From the NCBI GenBank assembly GCA_048213135.1, contig PS015009.1, positions 1,240,001 to 1,304,000 on the forward strand: a stretch of DNA of 64,000 nt, given 5' to 3'. This stretch comes from Reclinomonas americana ATCC 50394 (Eukaryota). The notes below the pieces were generated by a model, which had not been told where the DNA came from, did not search any database, and saw nothing but the letters and a program-made list of their open reading frames with translations. Of this stretch, positions 9,854-18,616 are shown one piece after another (the stretch's first letter is position 1; each line of letters starts with the position of its first letter). The position numbers were made by a program, and so were the translations under genes.

Positions 9854-10885
9854 TTATACGTTCGTTTTCAGGGTGTCTTTAAGGCCGGAGGATTTTTTCT
9901 CTTTAGTTTTTTGTTTTTGCTGTGGTGTGGATGGGTCGGTATTAATAAAGAACAGGATGGGTTCGCTCCTGCTTTCGCCATTGCCATCCGATTGGTTAAC
10001 AGGATTACCCAACGCGTCGAGGGACTGGATCGTCCAGATAAAACGCTTGAGCCCTTGTGTACCGTTGTTGCCGTTCGCTTTATACTCTGTGCCACGGTTA
10101 CTTTTTACGGTATTGTTATTCTGCCCGCGGGTTGATGGTGCCGAGGTGCTGTCATCGTCTTTGGGTATGTCAATAAATGAAAGCTGCGGCTGCCAGATGT
10201 ATTGGGTCATGCCTTTCACTTCCTTGTCCAGCAGCGGCTGGTTGGAACGCAGGGCCTGCAGGGGTGTTTGATAATCGAGTATTTCGAACACCTGTATGCG
10301 GTAAGTTACCGGCTCTCTCTGTTGCGGTACAACGGGTGTCCAGCGGAAGGTGATTGCCGTTTGCGCTACTTTTCCATCCAGTACTTCCTCGTTGTAGGGT
10401 TTCATCAAAATCGGCAGTTGCGTATTGGCCAGGTAGAAGTTGCGGCACACCTGTTCGGTAAGCGGTGCAAAATCGGCCGGGCGAACCAGTTGAACACAAA
10501 GCGTATAGTTATCAGCGGGCAGCTTGCCGCTTTTATTCAGCGCGGTGCGGTATTTACCGGTGAAGATCATGTTCTCCAAGGGCAGCACTTCCGCGGCACC
10601 CAGTACCACGTTACCCGTGGTAAAAGTGAATACCTGGGCACGGGCCAGATCGGTAGTGCCTATCACTGTGCCATCAAGGGTTTTGATCTCTGCTTTGATC
10701 TTGGCTTCCGATGCCCCACCCGATCCGCCTCCCGTAACAAGGAGCGTTAATACTTCTTTCCGCGTGGCCCATTCACTTAACGTGGAGGGTGGCGTTGGCG
10801 ACAGTACCAGGGTGAGCTTCAACTGTGCGGAAGCTCCTGTGCACAGGAAAAAGAAAAAAAGGCTGCTGTATAGGAATCGTTTCAT
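9854..10885 (-). CDS. Secreted 343-aa protein, Ig-like N-domain + FN3-like FRWTP module
   Basis: Signal peptide MKRFLYSSLFFFFLCTGASAQ (ATG 10885); YTLCVQL...CRNF, TFRWTPVVP..REPVTYRIQV, FIWTIQ, SEP shared with 668-aa protein. Confidence 0.8.
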   Translation of the reverse strand: MKRFLYSSLFFFFLCTGASAQLKLTLVLSPTPPSTLSEWATRKEVLTLLVTGGGSGGASEAKIKAEIKTLDGTVIGTTDLARAQVFTFTTGNVVLGAAEVLPLENMIFTGKYRTALNKSGKLPADNYTLCVQLVRPADFAPLTEQVCRNFYLANTQLPILMKPYNEEVLDGKVAQTAITFRWTPVVPQQREPVTYRIQVFEILDYQTPLQALRSNQPLLDKEVKGMTQYIWQPQLSFIDIPKDDDSTSAPSTRGQNNNTVKSNRGTEYKANGNNGTQGLKRFIWTIQSLDALGNPVNQSDGNGESRSEPILFFINTDPSTPQQKQKTKEKKSSGLKDTLKTNV

Positions 10886-10886
10886 G

Positions 10887-12644
10887 TTATTTCTTTTTGG
10901 TGTCGAACCTGTACTGGAATCCTGTTCTGCAGGTGCTTTCCAGGTAATTGGCGCCGGCAGGGTTGATCTCATTACCATATTTATACTTGTTGGTACTGAG
11001 GAAGGTGGTCCAGGTCAGTTTTTTTGTGATTTTGTAATCTACGTTACAACTGGCGATGAAATTGTTGTTGCTGCTGTAACTGTTCAGTTTACCCAGGGTG
11101 TACTGTAATTGTCCGCGTAGCTGTACTTTCTTTTTGGCAACGGGCATTCCCAACGCGGTGCTGACGGTGAACAGTGTGGTCTTCAGTGAAGCAGGGGCGG
11201 GAATACTGTTGTAAAAATACAGCACACTGAAATCGGGGCTCAGGTCTCTGGTAAAATAAACGGGCACATAAGTAAGCAAGGCCATATGCGTTTTATTCGA
11301 TGTGGTTAAGCCGGTCACCACGTCCCTTTCATCGTAAATGCTGAAATTATAACTGAGACTGATGAGGTGGCTCATTTTCGTATTCATCCAGGTATAGGAA
11401 GGGTTAATGCCCAGGTCATTGCTCACGTTCTTGATGCCGTAAGGGTTGATGCCGCTGGCCGACTGGAAACCAAAGTTGTTGTAGTTGAGGTTAAGACTCC
11501 AATGGTCGTTGAATTGGGTAAACCAGTTCAGGTTGCCGATGAATTGCTTCGCCTTCAGCGCGGTATTGCTCACGTTATTGATGCGCTGCCCGATGCTGGC
11601 CACCACATTCATTTTATTTTTCCAGGCATTGAAACGGGTATTCAGCATATAGTCAAGCCGGTCGGGTTGGAGATAAGGATAACCGGTGGTTTGGAAACCC
11701 GCGCCCAAATATTTTACCGTAGCGCCAATATCCCATTGCTGCGAGCGCCTGCCCAGCGATGCCTGGCCTGCATAATCGGTAACTGTAGAGGTATGCGCCT
11801 CAATAAAAGGCTTGAGTGAACGAACGATCGGGCTTAACACGGAATTGAGGTCTTTGGTAAAGGTGGATTGTGCGCCTTCCATTTTAATGTACCAGTTCTT
11901 CTCAAAATATACATCGCTTACAAAACTCATGGTAAACCCTTCCTGCGGTTTAATGGTGGCAGGTGGTGGCAGGGCTGAGTTCACCACATCTTTGCCTTTG
12001 GCCACATTGAACGCGAACAGGTACTCTCCTTCTTTTTCCCAGCCCACCTGCGCCATCCAGTTGCGGCGTTTATACGCTCCCATTACTGCCGGGCTGCCGG
12101 AGAAAAAGTTGACGGCCTGCTGCGAGATCCCGGTAAAGGCTTTAATTCTCAGTTTACCAGGCCGGAGATCTACACCCGCGCCAAAGATGCCGATGTCGCC
12201 GGTAGACAGTTCAGAATATTTAAGGTACTGTGTCCCCAGCTGCAGTTCGGCCCATTTGTATTTGGGGTTGAGACCGAAGTTATTCATCGGGTTGGTAATG
12301 TACTGCCCGAAGCTGGGTTTGCTGATACCGGAGTACGGACCCGCGAAATTCGTAGGGATGGCGGCAAAATTGAAATTGAATGGAATGCTGAAATCCTTGC
12401 TGAATTTGAAAGTAGGCGTAAAATTAAATCGTACCTGGTTCCACGGGCGGCGGGGCAGGTAGCCCGTCCACCCTGAGGGGTTACGGTCGAGGCCATATCC
12501 CTCATAGCTGATGCCCATGGTACCGCTGATCTGCAGCTTGTCTTTCACCACGTCCTTAACATTCGTCTTCACCGTATCCTGGGCTGATGCGGACAGGCCG
12601 AACAGGAGCAGCAGCCCGGGCACTATTTTTCTTTTTTGCATCAT
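10887..12644 (-). CDS. Large outer-membrane beta-barrel of unknown function (585 aa)
   Basis: Signal peptide ending SASAQ; alternating aromatic/polar strands throughout (e.g. LNWFTQFNDHWSLNLNYNNF); C-terminal GFQYRF beta-signal-like end. Confidence 0.8.
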   Translation of the reverse strand: MMQKRKIVPGLLLLFGLSASAQDTVKTNVKDVVKDKLQISGTMGISYEGYGLDRNPSGWTGYLPRRPWNQVRFNFTPTFKFSKDFSIPFNFNFAAIPTNFAGPYSGISKPSFGQYITNPMNNFGLNPKYKWAELQLGTQYLKYSELSTGDIGIFGAGVDLRPGKLRIKAFTGISQQAVNFFSGSPAVMGAYKRRNWMAQVGWEKEGEYLFAFNVAKGKDVVNSALPPPATIKPQEGFTMSFVSDVYFEKNWYIKMEGAQSTFTKDLNSVLSPIVRSLKPFIEAHTSTVTDYAGQASLGRRSQQWDIGATVKYLGAGFQTTGYPYLQPDRLDYMLNTRFNAWKNKMNVVASIGQRINNVSNTALKAKQFIGNLNWFTQFNDHWSLNLNYNNFGFQSASGINPYGIKNVSNDLGINPSYTWMNTKMSHLISLSYNFSIYDERDVVTGLTTSNKTHMALLTYVPVYFTRDLSPDFSVLYFYNSIPAPASLKTTLFTVSTALGMPVAKKKVQLRGQLQYTLGKLNSYSSNNNFIASCNVDYKITKKLTWTTFLSTNKYKYGNEINPAGANYLESTCRTGFQYRFDTKKK

Positions 12645-12764
12645 ACAACAGTTTTGGTTTTATTAGTTTTCCATTTTAGAATGCCATGCCGAGGTAACAA
12701 GGCATCTCTTTAAGTGAATAAGATTCCCCCTGGCGTCGGAATGACATACTGGTGATTGGGTACA

Positions 12765-15700
12765 TCATTTCTTTTTGATCACAAAGTCAAAACAAGCAAT
12801 CACTTCACACTCCTTGCACTGGTCGTCGCGGAAAATGAATTTCACACATATCCTTCCTTTCAGTTCGCAGCAATCGATCGCCGGTGGCGGCGGCAACAGG
12901 AAGTTCATCGATACCGCTGTATTGTTGGGTATGGTGAAGTTGTTGCCGTTGTTCCATATCACCTCCCGTGGGTTCTGGTATACGCCGGTACCTGTTCCGT
13001 TGAAACTGGGTACCTGTACGCCGCCAAACATGGTGATCTTACCCGGCACCGCGCCTATATTACCTGCAGAAGCTGTGCTGGCCCAGGTAAAAGGAAGGTT
13101 CACACACTTCATACACTCTTTGTTGAAGTTGTCGGTAATGGTATAACTCACCACATTGGCCCTTACTTCAGTAATATTGGCTGTACCCAGGCCATTGATG
13201 ATGAAATTGTTGTTCACCTGCGTAGCGTTGCCGTTATTGGTGTAAGACGGATCTTTAGGCGCCACCTTAATATCGTAAGGACAGCAGGCGGTATCTACCG
13301 GGCAATCCACTTTAAACCGGATAACACAGGTATCGCATATTTTACCATTGCAGAAACCGTATAACGTTAATGTATATACGCCGCTGACAGTTGGTGTAAA
13401 GCTGAACGGAACAAAGCCGCTGCTGGTACCCATTGGCCCGGTGAAATTGTACTGAACATTGCCGGGGCAATTATCCGGGAAACAGATATAAGACGCATTC
13501 ACGGTATAAGGTGTTTTACACTTCAGCGTGTAGTCCTTATCACAGTTAAGTTTGATGCCCACCGGTCCGGGACCAGGCGTTGGTGTGCCGGTGCCGGGGA
13601 TGTTCTTGGTTTGTGTATCGGTTGGGTTTCCGTGCCCGGTTTGTTCCGACAGGGTGATATCGCCCCAGTGGCTTTCCCTGCAATCGCATCCATCCTGTTT
13701 GCAATCCACCACAATGGGAACACGACAGGTATCGCAGAGCATAGTACCGCAATAGGCTTGTATGGTAAGGTAATAGTTGCCATTGGGCAGGCCGGTGGGT
13801 ATGGTAATGCTGTTGCCCGACGGTCCTGCAACGATTACGTTAGACGCGTTGTACAGGGTGTATACCACATTTGGCGGACAGGTTTGATCGGCACAAACAA
13901 AGCTGCCTGTAACCGTGAAGCTGGCCTTGCAATCCTCACCTTTGATCACGATCGGTTTAGTGCTTTTGCAATCGATCTTACCGGTTTTACCTGTCTTGTC
14001 ATTTTTCCAGTAAGGGCTTTCTTTCCAGTAGCTGCCTTTGCAGCAGTCCTTGCATTCCACTTTAAAGTAGATCACACAGCTGTCGCATATTTTACCGTCG
14101 CACCAGCCATACAGGGTGAGTGTGTAGGTACCGTTCTGTGTTGGCGTAAAGGTCAGCGGCGGGTAAGTGCCGGTAATGGGCGCACCTGTTGGAGGCTGCA
14201 GGGAATACGTGATCTTGGGCGGACATTTTTTACCGGCGCAGGTAAAGCTGGCGGTTACGGTATAAGGCTGGTTGCATTTCAACGTATAGGTTTCTTTGCA
14301 ATGCAGGTTTTGCTGTACCGGTAAATTGGCTTTCGCGTTAACGCCATCTCCTTCCTTAATCGTGATCTCGTTCCATTTGCTTCCCTTACAATCGCAGCTG
14401 TCGCAGGATGGCAGGGTTATCGTATAGGTCTTACTGGTGTCTTTACAACCGGTAGCCAGGTCGGTAACAATGATCGAATACGAACCTGCGGGTGCCGGTG
14501 TATAGAATGGATTATTGCCATTGGTGCCAACCGGGTTGCCATTGTATACCCATTGTATGTTGTAAGGCACAGCGAAGGCGCCGATGAGTGGCCTTGGTGC
14601 AAACAGGGTATCCTTACGGCAGTTGCAGGGAATGCTGTCGCAATAGTGCGGGAACAGGTCAACCGGTGGCCGTGCATTGATCACGAAATTGGAAGAACTG
14701 CTGCAACCTGTTGCCGGGTTGGTATAAGTAGCGGTATAAGTACCCGCAGCGGAAACCGTGATGCTGGTGGTAGTAGCGCCGGTATTCCAGGTGATGTTGG
14801 ACGCGTAGTTGGTTACGGTAAGTGTCCTGGGCGTACCTGCACAGTAAGGTCCTGATCCGCCATTGATCGCCGGCGGATTCGGAATAGGGTTCACAAACAC
14901 GGTGAGCTGGCAGGTATCGCGGCAGCCATATTCATTTTGCAGGATGAGGTAGTAGGTTGTGGTGGTACCCAGTCCGTATACAGGATAAGCTGAACTGGTT
15001 GAAGCCGGTGCACCCGCAATTACATTCGCATACCAGGCGTACTGGTGGTTGGGTAATGATGGTGTTGACAAGGTTACATTACCCGGACCGCAAAGCCGGT
15101 TGGATGGCGACGCGTTGATGATGGCTTTAGGTTTGGGCGCTGCTTTCACTTCCACCGAATCGCTGGTGCAGGTGCAGCCATTGGAATTGGTAATGATAAC
15201 ATGGTACCAACCGGGCGTGGTTACGGTAAGCGTATTGGTAACACTGTTGGGTACAGGCGCAATCCAGTTACCACCAACATATTGTTCCCACACATAACTG
15301 TAGCCCATGCCGGTAGGCGCTGTAAGCGTGGCTGGCTGGCCGGGGCAGAGATAAGCGGGTTGTATCTGGCAATTGCTTACACCTTGTTTAACAGTTATGT
15401 TTTTGGTAGCGGTGCAGGTATTGCCCAACTGGTCAACTACAGTAAGCGTTACCGTGTAAGGGCCAGCCGTGTTGTATACATGCACGGTTGAAGCGGTATA
15501 GGCAGAGAAGCCATCACCAAAGTTCCAGGCATAACTTACATAACTGCCGGGTGTTGACGTCATTACTACCTGCTGGCCGGTACACACAGGTGTGTTCATG
15601 TTAATGGCCAGTGGTGTGTAAACCACATTCATGGTGGCTATACTCTGGCAGCTCACCTGTCCGTCGTTATAGTTGATGGTAAGCGTTACAGGATAGCTGC

Positions 15701-18611
15701 CCGCTCCGGCGTAACAGTGTTGCGGCGGATTGGCCGATGTATTTACCGGTGAGCCATCACCAAAGTTCCAGCTGTAAGTAACATACGAAGGATTGGTGGT
15801 GATAACAGTAGAGATGTTATTTACTGTTAAGCAACCATTACAACCCAGCGTATAAGTAAAGGCCGCTTGTATGGGTACGGTTACAATAGTGGTGGCACAA
15901 TTGCCGGTACAGCTGGTAGGATTGGGTGAAGGAGCGCCTACACAATACTTAACACAGTATACACCCGCGCCGGGGAATGTATGCGGCATGGGAACACCAT
16001 TCGTTCCGGGAACAACCGGGGAACCATCGCCAAAATCCCAGGTAATAGGCCTTCCGCCGGGGTTTACCGAATTGCCGGTGAACGTGTATTTATCGCAGGC
16101 CTGGCGGGTTACACTGGTGATCGCAGGCTGGTTAACATCGGGGCAGCATATTTTTTCTACCGTGAACGACACAAACTTTTTACAGGTACCATAAGTCACT
16201 TCCACGCAGAAGTTACCCCAGGTAGTCGTTGTATATGCGCTGGTGGTCTGGCCCGCTATGATGTTGCCCGGCACAGGTGTTAATCCTGTATACCATTGGT
16301 AGGTAAAGGTTCCCGCGCCAGGTTTTTTTACTACTACACTCAGGTTCTCATTCACGGCACCACCATTGCAGCGGGGTGTACATTCTTTCACTCCTTCAAT
16401 GAGGAAAGGATCTTCTACATTATAAAAGAAACGTTTGGTACAGGAGCCATTGGTTACATCTACCCAGTATGATCCTGTGGAGGTAATGTTGCTGATGGAA
16501 GTACCTGTTGCACCGGTGCTCCACTGGTAAGTATAACCGGGCAACCCGTTCACGGTTAGTGTAGCACCATTGGGCGGTGTGCAGATGTCGAATTGCTGTG
16601 TAATGGTGGCCGCCGGTTTTTTGGAGATGTGGATATGCATAGTATCCAATCCGCAGTTAGACGTTGCCGTTAGTATGGCTGTCCAGGGGCCATTGCCCGC
16701 CACCTGTCCGTGCCATAAAATAGTAGGCGTTGCGGTTCCCTGCCCGTAGGTTACGGAACCCAGGTTTGATGGGGTGATGGTCCACTGCACATTTTCGCCG
16801 GGTGGCAGGTTACCGCCGGTGAGCGAGTAGCTGTAGCTGTCATCCACACAAACTTTTTGCTGGCCCGCGGCATTGCCGATGGAGGCCTGTGTTACGGTAA
16901 GGCTCCTGGCTGCAGAAGGACAGAAAGGATAGCTGTTGCGCCTGAGTTGTGCGGTAACCGTTCCGGGAAGCGTGTTCCACAGCACATTGACAGAGTTGCC
17001 GGTTACACTGGTCAGACAACCGGGCTGGAAGCAACCGCTTGGTGTTACCGTCCATTCGTAAATATAACCAGAAGGAGCGGGTATGCTCATGGTATAGGTG
17101 TACTGCGATCCGGGGCAGGCTTTGTTGGGCCCGATGATGTTACCGGATACGGCAGAATCAACAACCGTGATCTTGATGTATTGTGTATCGAGGCTGTTGC
17201 AATAAGCATTGGTGGTTTCCCACACTTTTGCAATGTAGGTACCAACCGCTGTAAATACCGGAGTGAACGAACTGCCGCTGCCGGTTGGCGGAACAACTCC
17301 AACAGCAGGCGTTACCTGCCATTGGAAGGTTCCGCTGCCGGGACTTACGGATAGACTGGCCCCGCTACCCTTGCAGATGGTTTGGTTGAAGTAGGCCTGG
17401 AATTTCCCTTTTGGTGTAATGGTTATTTTACCTGAACTGCCACAGCAAATGTGTTTGTTCTCCAGGTTAATGGTGAGTTCGTAAGTGCCGGGGGGCAGCC
17501 CGTTCCAGTTTACCCAAACGGTATTGTTATCGGGCAGCGTACTCAGCGCATTGTCATGGTTGCTGTTGGCGGTAATATTATTGAGGTGCCAGGTATAGAA
17601 AGTGCCCGGCAACGCAGGTAAAGTATAAGAAGTAATGCTGGTGGGGCATGGAAACAGGTTGCCCGCGGGTACCGGGTTTTGTGGTATGATGGGCACCGCT
17701 ACGGCAGTGGTGCATCCGCCCGGACAAACAGCGATCACCTGGCCCTGTACATTACCATTACCCCAAACAATGGTTACCGAAGTGGCGGTTTGGGCTATGA
17801 TGGTGCCGCCAACCGGTGTAAGCCAGGTGGGATTGGCACAGTTCACTGCATGATAGGTAGCCGTGTCTCCCGAACAAACGGTGCTCACACATTCAATGGC
17901 AAAGTTGCCGGGCGTTATGATCACCCGTTTAATAATGGTATCGGCGCAGCAGGTGGTAATAATAGGATGTCCCTGTGAGTCTACTGTTGAAGAAAAACTG
18001 TAAGCCACCAGCATTACAGGGTAAGTGCCCGGTGCTGTGTATATATGCGTGGGGTTGGTGGCGGTGGAATACGTACCATCACCAAAACTCCAGCTGTACA
18101 TCACCGGTCCGGTTGAGGTAGTGGTGTTGGTGAAATAAATGGTGGAACCGGCGCAAACATTATTCGGTGTAAACGTGAAGTTGGCGACAGGTTTGTCTTT
18201 CACATTCACGGTGAGGCATTGGGTAAAGGTATTGCCGCTGCCGTCTGTTACGGTAAGTGTTAGTACATATGTGCCGGTAGAAGGCCAGGTAACATTTACG
18301 GTTGGCGTATTGTTAGGCACGATGCTGATGGGCGATGGTCCTGTAACGGTCCACAGGTAAGTGGCCCAGGTACCAGCCGCGGTATAGCTGTATTTCTGTT
18401 TTACGCAAACAGCAATGCTTTTACAATCGCGGTTATCCTGTCCGGGGGCGCCGCCTGTGGCATCTTTCTGGTTAAGACAGTCGGGCGACGAAGTCAGGAT
18501 GTCTACCTGGTTGCAGGTTTGCGCCTGTACCGTATTGCTGCTGATCAGTGATCCCGCAAAGAGGAAGAAGATGAGCAGACTTTTGAGTATGTGGTAATAA
18601 ATCTTTTGCAT
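12765..18611 (-). CDS. Giant secreted Cys/Thr-rich PKD/Ig-like repeat protein (1948 aa), putative adhesin or fibre subunit
   Basis: Signal peptide ending VQAQ; four W.FGDG PKD motifs; many YxW Ig-like strands; three Cys-rich C-proximal repeats; no T9SS CTD motif seen. Confidence 0.85.
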   Translation of the reverse strand: MQKIYYHILKSLLIFFLFAGSLISSNTVQAQTCNQVDILTSSPDCLNQKDATGGAPGQDNRDCKSIAVCVKQKYSYTAAGTWATYLWTVTGPSPISIVPNNTPTVNVTWPSTGTYVLTLTVTDGSGNTFTQCLTVNVKDKPVANFTFTPNNVCAGSTIYFTNTTTSTGPVMYSWSFGDGTYSTATNPTHIYTAPGTYPVMLVAYSFSSTVDSQGHPIITTCCADTIIKRVIITPGNFAIECVSTVCSGDTATYHAVNCANPTWLTPVGGTIIAQTATSVTIVWGNGNVQGQVIAVCPGGCTTAVAVPIIPQNPVPAGNLFPCPTSITSYTLPALPGTFYTWHLNNITANSNHDNALSTLPDNNTVWVNWNGLPPGTYELTINLENKHICCGSSGKITITPKGKFQAYFNQTICKGSGASLSVSPGSGTFQWQVTPAVGVVPPTGSGSSFTPVFTAVGTYIAKVWETTNAYCNSLDTQYIKITVVDSAVSGNIIGPNKACPGSQYTYTMSIPAPSGYIYEWTVTPSGCFQPGCLTSVTGNSVNVLWNTLPGTVTAQLRRNSYPFCPSAARSLTVTQASIGNAAGQQKVCVDDSYSYSLTGGNLPPGENVQWTITPSNLGSVTYGQGTATPTILWHGQVAGNGPWTAILTATSNCGLDTMHIHISKKPAATITQQFDICTPPNGATLTVNGLPGYTYQWSTGATGTSISNITSTGSYWVDVTNGSCTKRFFYNVEDPFLIEGVKECTPRCNGGAVNENLSVVVKKPGAGTFTYQWYTGLTPVPGNIIAGQTTSAYTTTTWGNFCVEVTYGTCKKFVSFTVEKICCPDVNQPAITSVTRQACDKYTFTGNSVNPGGRPITWDFGDGSPVVPGTNGVPMPHTFPGAGVYCVKYCVGAPSPNPTSCTGNCATTIVTVPIQAAFTYTLGCNGCLTVNNISTVITTNPSYVTYSWNFGDGSPVNTSANPPQHCYAGAGSYPVTLTINYNDGQVSCQSIATMNVVYTPLAINMNTPVCTGQQVVMTSTPGSYVSYAWNFGDGFSAYTASTVHVYNTAGPYTVTLTVVDQLGNTCTATKNITVKQGVSNCQIQPAYLCPGQPATLTAPTGMGYSYVWEQYVGGNWIAPVPNSVTNTLTVTTPGWYHVIITNSNGCTCTSDSVEVKAAPKPKAIINASPSNRLCGPGNVTLSTPSLPNHQYAWYANVIAGAPASTSSAYPVYGLGTTTTYYLILQNEYGCRDTCQLTVFVNPIPNPPAINGGSGPYCAGTPRTLTVTNYASNITWNTGATTTSITVSAAGTYTATYTNPATGCSSSSNFVINARPPVDLFPHYCDSIPCNCRKDTLFAPRPLIGAFAVPYNIQWVYNGNPVGTNGNNPFYTPAPAGSYSIIVTDLATGCKDTSKTYTITLPSCDSCDCKGSKWNEITIKEGDGVNAKANLPVQQNLHCKETYTLKCNQPYTVTASFTCAGKKCPPKITYSLQPPTGAPITGTYPPLTFTPTQNGTYTLTLYGWCDGKICDSCVIYFKVECKDCCKGSYWKESPYWKNDKTGKTGKIDCKSTKPIVIKGEDCKASFTVTGSFVCADQTCPPNVVYTLYNASNVIVAGPSGNSITIPTGLPNGNYYLTIQAYCGTMLCDTCRVPIVVDCKQDGCDCRESHWGDITLSEQTGHGNPTDTQTKNIPGTGTPTPGPGPVGIKLNCDKDYTLKCKTPYTVNASYICFPDNCPGNVQYNFTGPMGTSSGFVPFSFTPTVSGVYTLTLYGFCNGKICDTCVIRFKVDCPVDTACCPYDIKVAPKDPSYTNNGNATQVNNNFIINGLGTANITEVRANVVSYTITDNFNKECMKCVNLPFTWASTASAGNIGAVPGKITMFGGVQVPSFNGTGTGVYQNPREVIWNNGNNFTIPNNTAVSMNFLLPPPPAIDCCELKGRICVKFIFRDDQCKECEVIACFDFVIKKK

Positions 18612-18616
18612 AACAG

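Noticed and set aside
12765-13100. T9SS C-terminal sorting domain on the giant PKD protein
   Set aside because: YQNP superficially resembles YPNP, but the following sequence is Cys-rich and lacks the type A/B CTD pattern; needs HMM confirmation.
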